Source of the DNA: Pomacea canaliculata
Taxonomy: Eukaryota
Length of the DNA: 64,000 bases
Assembly: GCF_003073045.1 (NCBI RefSeq)
Contig: NC_037595.1
Location: 8,636,345-8,700,344, forward strand
Direction of reading: 5' to 3'
Shown: piece by piece, positions 1-13,900 of the stretch
Layout: the number at the start of each line of letters is the position of its first letter
How positions within the stretch are numbered: the first letter of the stretch is position 1
Translations under genes and position numbers: made by a program
Notes under the pieces: generated by a model
Told to the model about the DNA's origin: nothing
What the model saw: only the letters and a program-made list of their open reading frames with translations
The model's database searches: none

Positions 1-3000
1 ACAAATGCAGCAAACAGTAATTATATTTACCGTGATGATTAACGCGTGGGGATCTCTTGTTTAGAATTGTTTGAAGTTGATCATTTGACCTGCAGTTTGG
101 TGGCTGCTGGGATCACCGCGCATTGAGCGTATCTCTATGATGTGGATACTAGCGCGTTATAAAACTACATCATCATCATCATCATCTCAATGTCATCAGT
201 GTATTACTCAAGAACAGGAATCTAGACAAGACACTTTGGGATGAACAGACCTGCACACTGCAGCTGGCTCAAAATGTTGGCTCCCTCAAACAGGTGGTCA
301 ACCATCTTGACATTGGGCTTGATGCACCGGATAAAACTTGTACCCTGAGTAGTCCAAAGCAATGATGAGGTTAAAATCCCATAGAGTTTGTATTTACTAG
401 TTCTTTTTTAGTTACATCCAAATAAAGAAAAAGCCACCTGGGCAGTATATATGGCAATTGTAACGGCAACAGTTTTGGCTATCGTTGGGATTTTGTACAT
501 GTGCATGTGCGTGAGAGAGTGACATAGAAAACGTGTGAGTGACAGAGACAAATGTGTGGGCACCTTACGTGGATGCATACACCTGTAATTAGTGGGACAG
601 TGTACAATGTAACAATATTAGTTAGATGTATCATCAGTTAGGAGCGTTATAATTTATGTGTATGAATACTTACAGTTGACTTCAGTTTTTCCATCAGCAC
701 AACCAACTGCTTTCTAAATTTGCTGCCCACACTAATAAAGCTAAGTTTTCCTGCGTTGGCCTTGCTGTCAGCAAATAAACGCTGCAAAAGTGGGTTCTTG
801 CTGTCTTGTATGAGGAATTCCAGAGAAGCATGTAGTGCATCGTTGTTCTTCTCAATGAAGAGGTTCTGGGCAAAGTTATAGCATGAGATTAAAATGACTG
901 ATGTAAATTATGATGTTAATGTAGAATGTTCAATAACAAGTTTGACAAAACTCACAGTGTGATAGCAGACAGCACCAGCAAAATGCCTGATGAGGAACCC
1001 TTCATCGTCACGGACATCACGATGAGACTTGAGCTTGGACTTGCGTGGCACCTGTTAAAATTATACAGTTTAAAACAAAATCTTTCCTATGATGGCATAA
1101 ATGAGCAAAATAATAAAATTTATCACTGCTGTTTAACAACCTGACTACCCATTAGCCAATGAATCATGTTATTGCATGTTTCATGCCCTAAAAAAAGCTA
1201 AGCTATAAAACATGTGGCCACAACTTACACAAAAACATCCCCATATTCACAAATCAACTTGCAAGTGCACCCAAATTAAATGTTAGGAGAAGCTACATTA
1301 TTTAAAAGTGATTACAGAGAGACTTGACACTTTAATTCAGTGTAGGCTCACACCCATTACTCATGACTGAAGAGTGGTAGAACAAGGTTACAGGAACAGA
1401 GAGAGAGAGAAAAAAAAAGATATTATTTACATACACTAAGTCTGAAGTGGTTCTTGTTGCGGGAATGTACTTCACTTGTGAAGTGCTCAGGTCTGGGTGT
1501 CGGCAACTTGCTCTCCTCGTCAAGCAGGTCAAAAATACCCTGAGATTTGGCCTCAATCAACTCTGCAGTCAACAAGAATAACAAAATGTTTACATCGTCT
1601 GCATTACCTCCCCTACTCTACTCTTTAGGTCCCTGGTTTTCGAACGTGATACGTGTACCGCTACAGGTGGTAAGCAAGTACCATGAGCCAAAATAAATCA
1701 CTGTCACTAAATCACATACTAAACACTGGTAAACCTAAGACTAACATATGTATTCCTAGGGGTAGGGTTGGGAGGTGGTACTTAGTCAATTTGAATTTTC
1801 GAAAGTAGTACTCCTCTGGAGAAAAGTTTGAAAACCGGGGCTTTAGGTCACTTGTCTGCTGAATGACTTCTGAGTAGTATGGTAGCAAGACGTTTGTAAC
1901 CTTTTGCAGGGCTTTTTAAGGTACCCATTCATGCATTTTTTATTTATTAGTCATGGTTTCCATTTTAATGTAATAAAATTTACTTTACAAATCTATAAAA
2001 AGATGGTGTACAACCATCTAAACGAGTCTTAAGTAATCCTTGCTTATCGCAAATAATAACAGTTCCTACCAATGCAGTCCTGGTTGTCTGTCCATTCAAT
2101 GCGTTTGACATTTAGTCCTTCTTTTTCATATAAAGCTTGCTCCTGAAAAATATAGTTACGTAAAATTTTTGATATGTAATGATAATAGTAAGGACAAGTA
2201 AAGATGAGCATAAAAGCAAAGGGAAAGATTAGGGGTAACTCCTTGCAAAGACACCCATAACTCACAGAAAAATTTACATAAGTGATCCACATAGTATAGT
2301 CATTTTAAAAAAAAAGAGAGTGCTGTTCTTTATTGCTCAACCTGTGTTTATTCATAGGAACAAGCACATCAAACTCTAAATAATTATCTAAAAACTCTAA
2401 TCACCTCTTTGAGAATACGCTCATTGAAGAACTGCTGCAGTTTCTCATTGCAGTAGTTGATGCAAAACTGCTCAAAACTGTTCACTTGGAAATATTCTAA
2501 AAAGAGAAAGAGAGGCCCAAATGAACAACATGCATTCACATTCAATTATGTAAACATCCACATATGCACAGTTGCACACACATCCATATACTTTCACACA
2601 TATGAAGTCTGTAACAATCTTTATATACTGTCAAATGAATGCAGCCTGTAACAATATCTCCGTTTTTCTCCTCTGCACACACATGTTTATATTCAATTTA
2701 ATTCTAAAAGAAACCCCTTTAGTCACTAATCTTACCAAAGCCAGCAATGTCCAGGATTCCAATGTAATTGTTTGAGGAAGCAAATGGGATGGCTTGATTG
2801 ACAGACTCCACAATGTAGTCAAACATGCGTGAATACACAGCCTTGGCAAGTGCATCACGAGCACTTGAAGCCTCACCCGTCTTCAAGGGTACTCTGTACA
2901 GAAACAAAACCAGTGAGTACTATTAACATAATTAAAACAAAATATTCAATAACAGAAAAAGTTCACAATCCCCAAACTCCACACAAGTTTTACTGAACCA

Positions 3001-6000
3001 GCAAAGGCACTTTTACCAGGACTCATGAACAAAAATTAGTTGTATATAAATTATCCCTAGACCTAGCATAAAACCAAACATTTCAAAAAATGCATACAAC
3101 TAATGCATTGAATGACCATTACAGAGCTCTGCTACATGCCACAACTCTGGCTCAGCAATTTTGAATTAAAAAAAAGAGTGAAGCACTTTGGAATTCAAAT
3201 TCTAAAGAAACTACACTTAGGATCCACATCTACTACATACTTGATCGCAGTCCCTTTGGTTCCACCACGTGTAGCTTGCATGACACGGGAGGTCAGCGAA
3301 TCCCTCAGCTCTTCGCGGTCCACCCCCAGGAGCCCAGCAGCAGTGGTCAGCGAATCCTCTGCTCCAGCTGTCACTTTGCAGCCCCCTTTTAATGGACCAT
3401 TCAATATTATTTTATGGACCATTCACTATCAGCTACAGTTGCATAAGAATAATCTTTTTAATGGATTAAATACTTTAAATCATGATTTCATTAAGACGTA
3501 AAATGATTTATCTAATGGATTCTCCACTCCTACAAAAATTAAACTGTCTTAGACTTTATTCCCAAAAGAAAAGTGCAGCAGAAGGCTGGGGTTTCCTTCT
3601 GAAATGCTGGAGAAATTCCTGTGCATCAGAATACTTTATAACATAAAAACTCATGGCTGACCTTTAGCATCTTGGTTCTCCTCAAACATAACATTGCCCA
3701 GGTGAAGTACTGCAGCCACCAGCATGAAGATAGCCAACTTGTCTGCATCACTTACACCCATCTTAGACATTGCTTCATTGCACACTTGGAAGTCTCTAAC
3801 ATCATCAATCACTGCGTCATGAAGACATCCAAGCTTAAGGTACTGTCAAAGAAAAGCAAGAACACACTGACTATTCTGGCTACACTTTATACTTTCATTC
3901 CTCAACTTTATAAGAGCAGATTTATGTGGGTTAATGCTGGATTATAAACACTTGTGACAATTTGTTGCAATTATTTTTTCAGTATATAAACAGATTTTTT
4001 CATGCCCGGTGTTTTGCTATCAACAAAAGTAAATATATTCTGGGTCACCCTTGGTCTATACTGAAGGCACCATCACTACCACAACAACCCTATATCTCAT
4101 TTTTTTCCTAGTGATGAAAAAATTATTTACAATTAGTTATCTCTGAAATATGTACATATTCACAACAAAATATCATGCAGTTTTGTGTCCACTGGAAAAA
4201 TGCTCCAAGTATTAAAATACCTCTAAGTGACTGTAAATGATCCATGTACAAATATTTCTTTTAGTTTGTTTTAAAAATAGTTAAAGCTGAAGAAATTAAT
4301 TCACAGATAATTAAAAGGAATTTATGCACTGAGGATCTAATAATCATTTATAAATGCTTTATTTGCAGACCCATTACCAAAGTCTACTCAAGCACAAACA
4401 CTCAGTCTGACATGCTGTCTGCAGCTGATACCTTCAGCAGGGGTGCAAATGTTTTAGCAGCATGCATAACAATTACTACCATCAGTGAACGAAACAGATA
4501 TACAATTATGCTTATTTATTCTGACACAATTTTCAGAATGCACACTCACAAACCACCACACCGAGTTATCAACACAGTATAATGGAGAACTAACCCCCTG
4601 TTTATTAGCAAGTACTTTGGTTTCAAACTTAAAATAGATAGTTCCTCAGATAAATATAAATTTTTTGCACCCCCCACCCCACCCCTAAATTCCACCAAAA
4701 GCTTTTTTGAGGTTTATATAGTTAGCACCTTCCTCTCCCCTTCAATCCCTAAAACTAACCGTAACATGACACTACCACATATATCCCCTAAACTTTACCC
4801 AATCCACAAAACACTAAATCCAACAACTAAAACTGATGACTACCGTTTGGGTCCTCAGTTTACAGTATATACATGTATGCTAGAATGTGCACAAATTAAC
4901 ACCCACCTAAGCATGCATGCATGCACACAAACATGTTGATATCCATATATACTAATAATAAATGCAAAATTTGTAAAGCGCATACTCACACTTCTAAGGA
5001 GTATGCTCTTAACGCTTAAGAAGAAGAATGCAACATGGACAGCATACGAGGGACAGGAAAACAAATAACATATGAATTATAAAAGAATAAACAATAATAT
5101 TAACAAAAAATAAAATGAAATTCAGAAAAACACAAAGAGGAACCAAATAACAAGAACAAGAGCTGAGAGTAACACAAAAGGAGAAAGGAACACAGTAATC
5201 CAGGTTTACAGTGAAACCAGGATTGAAAGGGTGGGTTGAAGAGTGATGTGGGACAGCAGCAAACGTATTTTAGTTCACAAAGTATATGTAAAACTTTATA
5301 ACGAAGTGAAATATGTAGAAAAGACACAATTACCTTTCCCTCACCAGGACTCCAAAAAAAAAAAAAAAAATCATGGATAAACTAGTAAAAGCTTTCAAGC
5401 ATCTTTGTCACCTCAGCTTACCTGTTGACTTTTCCTATTATCATTCAGGGAATTCTCCGACTGACGATTGCAAAAGTACTGCGTGTTGCCCCGGTTCAAA
5501 TACTACACGAGAGAAGACAACTCATCACAATGCATACACAGATAACCCACAATCACTGACAGGAGAGAGTGCTCTTTTGTGACTGCCTCAACACAGTACA
5601 GTCTCAAGTCTAAGTGAATGTAGGGGAAATAAAAATGTGCTTGGCCAGAGATTCAAATTTGCTACATGAACACTGTAGGATTTTAAATGGTTTCACTTTC
5701 TTGCCATTCCTAAGACTTTGAGACTGACTGAGAGGCAGTAAGTACTAATAGCAATAGCAAGCAAGCTGAGCTCTTCAACAGTATCACCATAAGAAACTTG
5801 TTGGGCCATTTCAGAGTATGCAAGAGATGGAATTAACTTCATTTAAAAAAAATACCAAAATTTTTTGGTACTGCTGATTCTTTGGAAAGAAAAGGATACA
5901 TAGTTGATGTTTGATCAACTGGTTGCTAAAGGAATGGTACTTCACCTAAATTGCTGTAACAGTTTATGGAGATATTGGGAGTTTTATGTATGTCTGTCTG

Positions 6001-9000
6001 CTGTTATCAGAATGTAGCAAACATTTACTGCTTTCTTGGTTAGGTTGTTCCAATGCTACAGCTATGTCAATTTCAAAGATGTTCCTAACTCTGCTTGCAA
6101 CAGCCAGATAGAAAAAGTGAAGTTAAAGCCTATTACATAACAAATGACCCAACATGTTCTCTACACCTGTGTCATGCCAAGGCATCAATATAAACAAAAT
6201 ATGTGACCTAAACAAGAAACCAATTTGTATGTACATATCTATTAAGATTACACCACTTAGAAAAAATAAAACCACAAATACTGTACAACTACAAAACTGC
6301 ACAATGTGATTGGGCAGTGTAATAAATTTATTACATATTTACACACAGTGCTGAGAATGTTGCCATTAAATGCAAATCCTTATTTATGTTGTAACTGCAT
6401 TTAAGATACATTTTCAGCAGCTTGGAAGTGAATTCCACATTTTTCTCACTATGTAAAAATTAGTAACACTTCATAAAAAAATCGCTTGACAAGAAACATG
6501 GGTTTAAAAAAATTAGGCTTACTTGAAACAATAAACAGGTAAAGTGAACATTAATAATTTAATGAAATAGTAAGATTTTTTTTTTAAAAAAAGGTGCTTT
6601 TAAAAAGTCACTGTCAGGCTTAAAACTCTGTACAACTGTCAGCAGGCATATCTCTATTAAGATATGTTTAACACAATAAAATTTAAGAATATGGCTCATT
6701 CTACAAAGTGCCAGATTTTTCTTACACCCTGACAAGAAAATTCAATAAAACAATTTAATTTATTTACCAACAAGATGATAATGCAAAAGCAGTTGTAACC
6801 AAACCTGGAAGCGATCAGGAGGAGCTAACTTAAGTTTCTGTCTCAGATCTTCAGGGGCACCAGCACACAGTCGGTAAAAGATGTGGTAGTTGCGCTCATC
6901 TTTGCTCTGACTGCAAACGCGTGATTTTTCTAGCAGGTAGTGGGATATAAAACCACCACACACAGAATTCTGTAACATATTGCACACAATGCTGCTTCAT
7001 AAATCTTGTTTATTATTATGTTGAATTGTATCAATATCAAAGAAGGCATATCAGAAAATTTTATTTCCACCCCAAATGTGAAAAAGTAAGTAACAATGTG
7101 CTTTTACCAAAAGCCAGTTTTAACATAAAACATGAACATAACAAGTTCTGCAAGTCAAATACAATGTACTGATATGATTATCATAATCAAGGTAAATCTT
7201 CCATTACAAAGTGTTCACAATGTGAAGCATCCTTTTCTAAAGGGAATTCTGAAAAAAGAACAAGCACTAGCATACTTGCTGCCATCAATAAGAATGACTG
7301 CATAGTCTGAGTTTCATACCGATGACAAATATCTGCTCAATCCATCCTCTTACCTTGCCATCAAAGTGGATCTCAACAAACTTGCCAAATCGACTGCTAT
7401 TGTTATTTCTGACTGTCTTGGCATTTCCAAAGGCTTCCAGCAAAGGATTTGCTGGAGAAAAAAAAACCAAACAAGTGCATGTAATCATTTGAATGAAGAT
7501 AAGCTCAAGTGTACTGAAGTTATACTGGTTTATGGCAATGAGCTGACACTTCAAGATTTGTATGTACACATGCATGCACAAAACAATTACAACATACACA
7601 GGCAATGGCAGGGTGTGTGTGTGTGTGGAGGGGGGGAAGGGAAATGTGAATATCTGTAAACTATTCCTATCTCTTGTCAACTGAGATTTGAAATGCTGGA
7701 TTACGATGCAGTGAAAATTGTAAGATGAATCCCCCCCCAACCCACCAAAAAAAAAAAAGATCTGATGTGTTTGTTGCACTATATACTGTTTATTTAAGAA
7801 AAAGGCACATTTGCACTTTAACATTGTTTTTTAAAGTTTATTCTTAATTCATGTTACAGCAGAATAAACCAGGCACTATATTTGGCCTGAACAAACAAGA
7901 TGTTTCACTGAGAACTGTATTAAAATGGCAAAATAAACTTTTTGAGAGTAAACCAGTTACTGAAAAGTTCTGAATTACATTAATTCAGCCACACTCTCTA
8001 GTTCAGCTGATGTAAGCCATCTAGTCCATTACTGTTGTAGCCCATGAAGACAAAACTTTATAATTCAGTATGCAGGTTTTCATAGACCCAAATAACCGAT
8101 TAACTATGCAGTGCACTGAATATATATAGTCTAGAACACATCTGCTTCACAGCTAAACAAAAAACTCTGAATTGTAAAAGAGTTAACAGAAGTCCATGAA
8201 GTTTTTTATTTTTTAAAAAATTTCAAACATGTACAATACCTGATACTGCACAAGTTGAAAAAATATAATTTTCAATTGTTGAAAAGTGATACTAACACTC
8301 CAGAATGCGCTGTTCAATAGGTCCTGCATGAGTGCCCCAGTTTTCTGTCAAGTACCGCAAGATGTATTTCGTGGACTCGGTCTTGCCAGCACCAGACTCT
8401 CCACTGACAATGACTGACTGGCTGACCTTGGTGACTTTCATGTCACGATATGCCTTATCAGCTGCCAAAAGCAAATATTCCCCCCAAAGTTTAGATTTAG
8501 CAGAAGAGGATTTAAGTAAAAAAGTAATTTATTACCTTAGCTTGTAAACAAGTTTAATGTACAATGACACAAGATTACATGCACAAGGGCTTCTATCAAG
8601 GGGGAAAAAACTATACAGCAAATAAGGGTTTCAATCTACAACAAGAGTGCAAGGTCTTGATGTACTAAAACAATAATGGAAATAAAAGTTGCTCAAACAA
8701 AGGCAGAAAGGTAATGGGAGTGAGATCAATGGAAAACAAATTTGTCAATTGCTGCTCCTTATTAAAGAAATTATCAACAATGGGGAAAGAACTGGGAAAC
8801 TACGGCTGGATGAAAAGACATCTAGTTCTTAAAGCACATGCCGTTTGAAAGATTTTCTTTTACAACCAGCCATGACCTACATTAAATACCAATGCAGTCA
8901 AAATATCCATACATGCATGATACAGTTAGCTCAAGTTAGTTCAGTTACATCACTGAGTGGAACAGCAGATAACAAGGCTTTCTTGTTTTTTGATTTTTTC

Positions 9001-10919
9001 CCCCTCTCATGTGTTAGTGTTAAAACTGGGCAAGTAATATTTCAAGTGCAGGAGAATGATTTGTTTTCCAGTTATGATAACATCGCTTTCAATGCTTCAT
9101 ATCCATGTCATTGATGGTGTCTATAAAATAATGCAAATGCAGACTTTATCTGATCTTGACAGTTAAGCTTTGGACCAATGATAACAAAGCACATTTTAGC
9201 TTACCAATTGCATAAACATGAGGGGGCAGGGTACCCAGTGATTTCCCTTGGTACTTCTTGATTGTGGCTTGGGTATAGAGATCAGGGATCTCAAAGTAGG
9301 GGTTGATGGCAACGAGGATGTTTGCTGTGAAAGTCTGACACAAAACAGGAATGGCATTCCAGGATGACCAGAATGCATGCATATTCAGTCATTACTTTCT
9401 TGGCTTTAGACACTCTGATACAGACGTTCTTCAGACTTTGCATTAAGCCTTTCATACAACACTGTCAGCGATCAAAGCAGTTTCATTATGCTCCAAGTGC
9501 ATGCAACCAGTAGGAACAAACAGAAATTAATGCACACATGCATCTCAATAATTATCTTACAAGATAATGCTAGAACAAAATCTATTTATTCAAAATAAAA
9601 AAAAAATGAAAGCATGACACTAAACAGACATTCATACAGGAACATGCAAACACACATGCTTTTGTTTACACATACATGCACATAAATGCCAATCTGCTCA
9701 CACATGCACAGTCATACAGACACATAAGAATGTCACAGTTTTGAAATGATGACTGTGATCATTGGCAGCACTTTGAATAGATAACACCCTAGCATTTCAG
9801 TGTTTTGAATACCAAAAAGTTAGAATATGAAGCAAACTAATTTCAACTAAGTGAAACAATAACAGGAAATTTATTTCCCCTTGTGTTAATATGTCTACGT
9901 AGGTTTTTTAAAATGTGAAATTATTAGAATACAGCAAAGACATATAGAGAGATACAGAGTATCTGCATGAGAATATGAGTTCATAAAATTAGAAGTTTTT
10001 CTTTAAAACAAATTTTGTACGCTCTTTTTTCTCCAAATGTATTATTTTTCACCCCTGCCCCAATTAATCCAACACAAACCCACCTACATACAGGCAGATT
10101 TCAGTAAAAAAAAAAAAAAAAACCCCACAGAATCAAAGAAACCAGTAAGACAATGGTTTGTATGAAATGTCCCGATGAAACTTACATATATCTGATTTTT
10201 CATGTAGCGAATTCGGATGTTATTCAGCAGAGTTGCTTCATTTAGGTACATCAGAGCACCTGTCCAACACGAAGACATTTAAGGACAATTCACACAGCTA
10301 AATAAACCTGCCATGCCATGTCAAAGTACAGAATGTCATTTATAGCATTCACATTAGCCTTTCCATCGCAATTTTACACATGCAAAGTTTGTCAAAAATA
10401 TTTTTTTTCAAACAATTACCAAATTCTGTTCTGCAAATAATGCATGTATTTATTCTAACAACAATTGGTAGTCTCTTGGCATTATAATTATACTATTGAA
10501 AATTGGTGAATCACTAGAGTTATGGTGTCAAAAAATACAGCGATAATTAGTTGAAATTATTTCTGCCGTTATTAACCAGTAGCAATTTATCATTTATGAA
10601 GCTGTGACCATGTTTACTCACAGTTGTCATCACAGTCTTTGTTGTCATACTCTTCTGCTGGAAACGTGCGATCATATAAGGAATTGATGGTCTGAAACAA
10701 GGGTAAATGAATGCATTACGTTAACAGATGAAGAATGAGAAACTGAGATTACAGATTTTAGTGACAAACGCTCTAATAAATAAATCATCTTGATTTACTC
10801 ACAGTGCCTGGAGCATCAAATGGTTCGACAGCGATGACATCGGAACCAATGTCCACAATACGACCAAGTTTGAAGCCATCAGTGGAATGGGGCACCCAGA
10901 CTTTCTTACCCCCATCCAT
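1..10919 (-). CDS. MYO6: Myosin VI heavy chain homolog (unconventional myosin-6), partial. The start codon and about 17 motor-domain exons are in the window; the 3' exons run off the left edge.
   Basis: Minus-strand exon translations match myosin VI in order. N-terminus [25 protein letters not shown] (ATG complement at 10917-10919) resembles MEDGKPVWAPHPTDGFQ. Next: [16 protein letters not shown] (10.15-10.27 kb) and [17 protein letters not shown]...[15 protein letters not shown] (9.25-9.35 kb). P-loop exon [25 protein letters not shown] (8.30-8.46 kb). Switch [29 protein letters not shown] (7.29-7.39 kb). [42 protein letters not shown] (6.79-6.96 kb). [21 protein letters not shown] (3.24-3.33 kb). 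Switch II LDIAGF with a split codon G|AA completed by the next exon [30 protein letters not shown] (2405-2496). [24 protein letters not shown] (2.05-2.13 kb). [19 protein letters not shown] (1.44-1.56 kb). [27 protein letters not shown] (0.96-1.04 kb). [31 protein letters not shown] (0.24-0.37 kb). Exon ends show GT donors and AG acceptors on the minus strand, for example gtaaga after LDIAGF and tttttag before AATATTTCC. Confidence 0.85.
165..185. repeat. (CAT)7 microsatellite.
   Basis: catcatcatcatcatcatcat, read directly. Confidence 0.9.
2405..2496 (-). CDS. MYO6: MYO6 exon that completes the switch-II glutamate and encodes the myosin-VI-typical [29 protein letters not shown] segment.
   Basis: The upstream exon ends GCT GGC TTT G followed by gtaaga. 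This exon starts after tttttag with AA, completing GAA (the E of DIAGFE), then reads [30 protein letters not shown] and ends at a gtgatt donor. The 92 nt length equals 2 + 30 codons, consistent with phase continuity. Confidence 0.8.
4953..5100 (+). repeat. Copy A of a ~150 bp dispersed repeat family (unclassified, SINE- or MITE-like), in a MYO6 intron.
   Basis: aataataaatgcaaaatttgtaaagcgcatactcacacttctaaggagtatgctcttaacgcttaagaa...gacaggaaaacaaataacatatgaa is about 85% identical to 16530-16680, in the same orientation. Confidence 0.6.
7611..7628. repeat. (GT)9 microsatellite in a MYO6 intron.
   Basis: gtgtgtgtgtgtgtgtgt, read directly. Confidence 0.9.
10804..10919 (-). CDS. MYO6: MYO6 first coding exon. 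It begins with a short 5' UTR after an acceptor and ends at a GTGAGT donor.
   Basis: On the minus strand an acceptor ccatttttcag sits 21 nt upstream of ATG GAT GGG GGT AAG AAA GTC TGG. The exon ends ...GCT CCA GGC ACT followed by gtgagt (plus-strand ctcacag at about 10799-10805). The acceptor upstream of the ATG implies at least one further non-coding 5' exon. Confidence 0.75.
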
Positions 10920-13900
10920 CTTCCTGCTTCAGAATGGTGCCTGAAAAATGGTACACAATACAAGTGATATGCAACCAGATGAACTGAACATTAAAAAGAA
11001 TCAACATTTACTTTCAGGAACGATATCTATTAAGTGTGTTAATCAAAATCCATCAAGTTTGTTATAAAATTTCCATTAGTGACAGGCAAACATATAAAAG
11101 TCTCCATATATGTTGGGGGAATAGTCAGCCCAGAGACAAGATGCTCTTACTTTGCACTTAGCTGTGGAAACCAGGCATAACCTACTTTGCTCCATACTTA
11201 CATTTGAGGGAAAGTTCAAAGTTGGAATTGAAATAAGTACAAAGTTTGCTCTGCATTGGTGTAATGCTTTTAGTTCTGACCAGTCTAACAGTGTGATACT
11301 AATACTATAAATGTAGATGGAAAGACGGTACACACAACAAGGAAAATCTGGAGCTTTGCCATGTTTGACTTCTTAGTTGAAGAATCAAATCCCTAGCAAA
11401 TCTGTTTTATTTTAACTGTTTTATTCAACATTTTACCATGACAGATCATGACAAAATTCTCAATAATACAAATAATCTTTATTGTATTGTCTATAGCTGA
11501 AGCAGGAAGAGCTGCAGTTGGTAAGGTTTGGGCATTCCAGCTGTAATCTGACTTCTCTTATGATAATCCTTCAAGATACGTGTGCACACACACACACTGT
11601 GTGGGAAAGGGGAATGTGAAAATCACTTTTATAGACAGCTAATGACATATAGCACATCTCACAGAGAGAGATGTTTGAAGTATTTGACATATCTCATGCA
11701 TATCTAACACAGTATTTTGTAGAAACCACTTGACACTAAAGCATCTAATTTAGCTCAAGTGATAGCTTTCTCAAGCAGGTCTCTTAACCCATTTTATGTG
11801 TTTAACAAAAATATGACGTGGGTAAATGAACATGCACAGGACAAGAAAAAATAACCACAGAACTTTGACTAATTCTTACACCATCTTATGCAACATACAG
11901 CATAAGTTAAAAATCCCAAACAAATGGAAAAGTCAGATGCATACAAATACAAGTGGCTTATTTTGTTAGGCTTTTGGGCCCATTCAAAAAGATAAGTATA
12001 CAACACATTACAGGGAAAATATATAATACACAATAGATGAAGAATATCTTTAGCATGGAGAAGCGTTTCTTTACTTTGTTGCTAATTATTAAAAAAAGAA
12101 AGGTCAGACAGTATTATTTCATTTTTTGTTGACATCAGCATCAGTAGTTTAAAGTTATTCAGTCTAATGCAATGAATTTTTTGGAATGAAACTTTTTCTT
12201 AGATACAAGACACGGAAATGAAACTCATCCTTGGGCACGTCTTATATTATTGTCAAAATATATTAAGGCATAAAAAAAGTCAGATACATAAATAGAATCA
12301 ATGCCCCTTTCAACATAATTATCAGCAGGAAGGAGTGCACCTTTCTGGATGTACTTTCGGATTTCAATTGAATGAAAATGCTCATTCTCATATGTTGGTT
12401 TTTATATTTTGCCTTGTTTTGTTAATATTATGCTCGAATCTCTTCCATGCCATAATGACCACGTCCATGACATTAAAGATGTCAAATGCTTCTCTCTTCC
12501 TCATATATACACACAAATGGAAAGTGTGTTACAAAAAAAGCAGAGCTGAGGTGAGAGGACAGGATGATGGTCATGACACCTCTGAAGCCTCAGACTGTTG
12601 TGTTTGACTGGGGATGGGCCTTCAAAATGCAAACAAGGATGTGCACACTGCACTCTCTACCTCTTGCTCAAGATAAGATAACTTAGGTTGCTGTAAACTC
12701 CACACTGCAGGTGATCTTGCCTCTAGCATTTTAGAAGATAGCTCTCTTTGCTTTGTAAAATGATTTTAACTGCTACCTTGTGGAGGCAAAATTGCAAATG
12801 ATATAAAAACAGGTCTGCTACAATGCCTGCTTTTATTATAGTCTGAAAGCATTCTTATTAAGCAGATTAATACATATTACCTTAAAAGCAAAAAAAGGCA
12901 CATGAATCAACTGTGATGTGTTTATACTAATACTGATATAAAGATACCACAAAACATCAACAAAGGAAATGATATGTATACTTTCTAATACAACTGAATT
13001 CTGAACATCTTTCCAACATTAAAACTACATTTTTTTCCAGTTTATATCTACATTTCAAGAATGACCTTATCATTTAAGTGGCACAAAGAAATTTAAAGAA
13101 AGTGGTTACAAACAATGTCATTCAGCATATGTTTTATGGCTTTAAGTATGGTGCTGTCAGGGTTATGTTGACACAAAAGTTCATGAAAAGCAAAGCCAGC
13201 AAGGCCACGATAGTCAACTCCCTGATTACGCATGAACATAAGTGGATTTGGCTTCTAGGAAACACCCATCTCTCACAAACACACAGTCAGTACAAAAATA
13301 ACCCAAGCCAGCGGTTAGCTGGCTGAAATGTCACCACAAACCTGAGTGATTTCTATATGGTTCTAGTGCTTTACAATCTGATCTGTTTACAATCTAGGGG
13401 AAATAAATTCACAGCCTTCCTTTCTTTGTGTGTGTGTGAGAGAAAGAGTGAGAAATACATGTATATTCAACGATCCACATGAGCATATGCATTCCTTGTG
13501 TGCAATAAAGTAAGACAAGGAAGTAGGTAAGAAAGAAGCAAAACTGCAGAGAACAGAGAGCTTCTCATTGTATTTTTAAAAATTAGCATCATGTTACTGT
13601 ATGCTTTACATTTCTTTGTTACACTATACTGTTTGCAAATGCTGAGTCAACTTTACAAAGCTGTCAGGTCTACGAGGTCTCTTGTTTAAGTTCCCCAACC
13701 ACTGAAAAAGGCAGTACTTGGGAGAAAATAACATATTTGTAAGCACTAAAACTATGAAATAAATGTGTTTCTAACCTTACCTTTTAGCATTATTTTTAAG
13801 CAGTTGCCCCTCCTTTCTCACTATTAACAAATGCACAATAGATGTCTACAGAAGACAATAAAAACTGCATCAAAACCTTAAAATTTCTGAGTATGAACAT

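Noticed and set aside
3112-3501. 129-aa plus-strand ORF, and 7366-7659 (+), 3672-3947 (+), 8332-8547 (+), overlapping MYO6 exons.
   Set aside because: These are antisense read-through across conserved myosin exons and introns. The MYO6 minus-strand reading is strongly supported by motif-level homology, and these frames show no homology.
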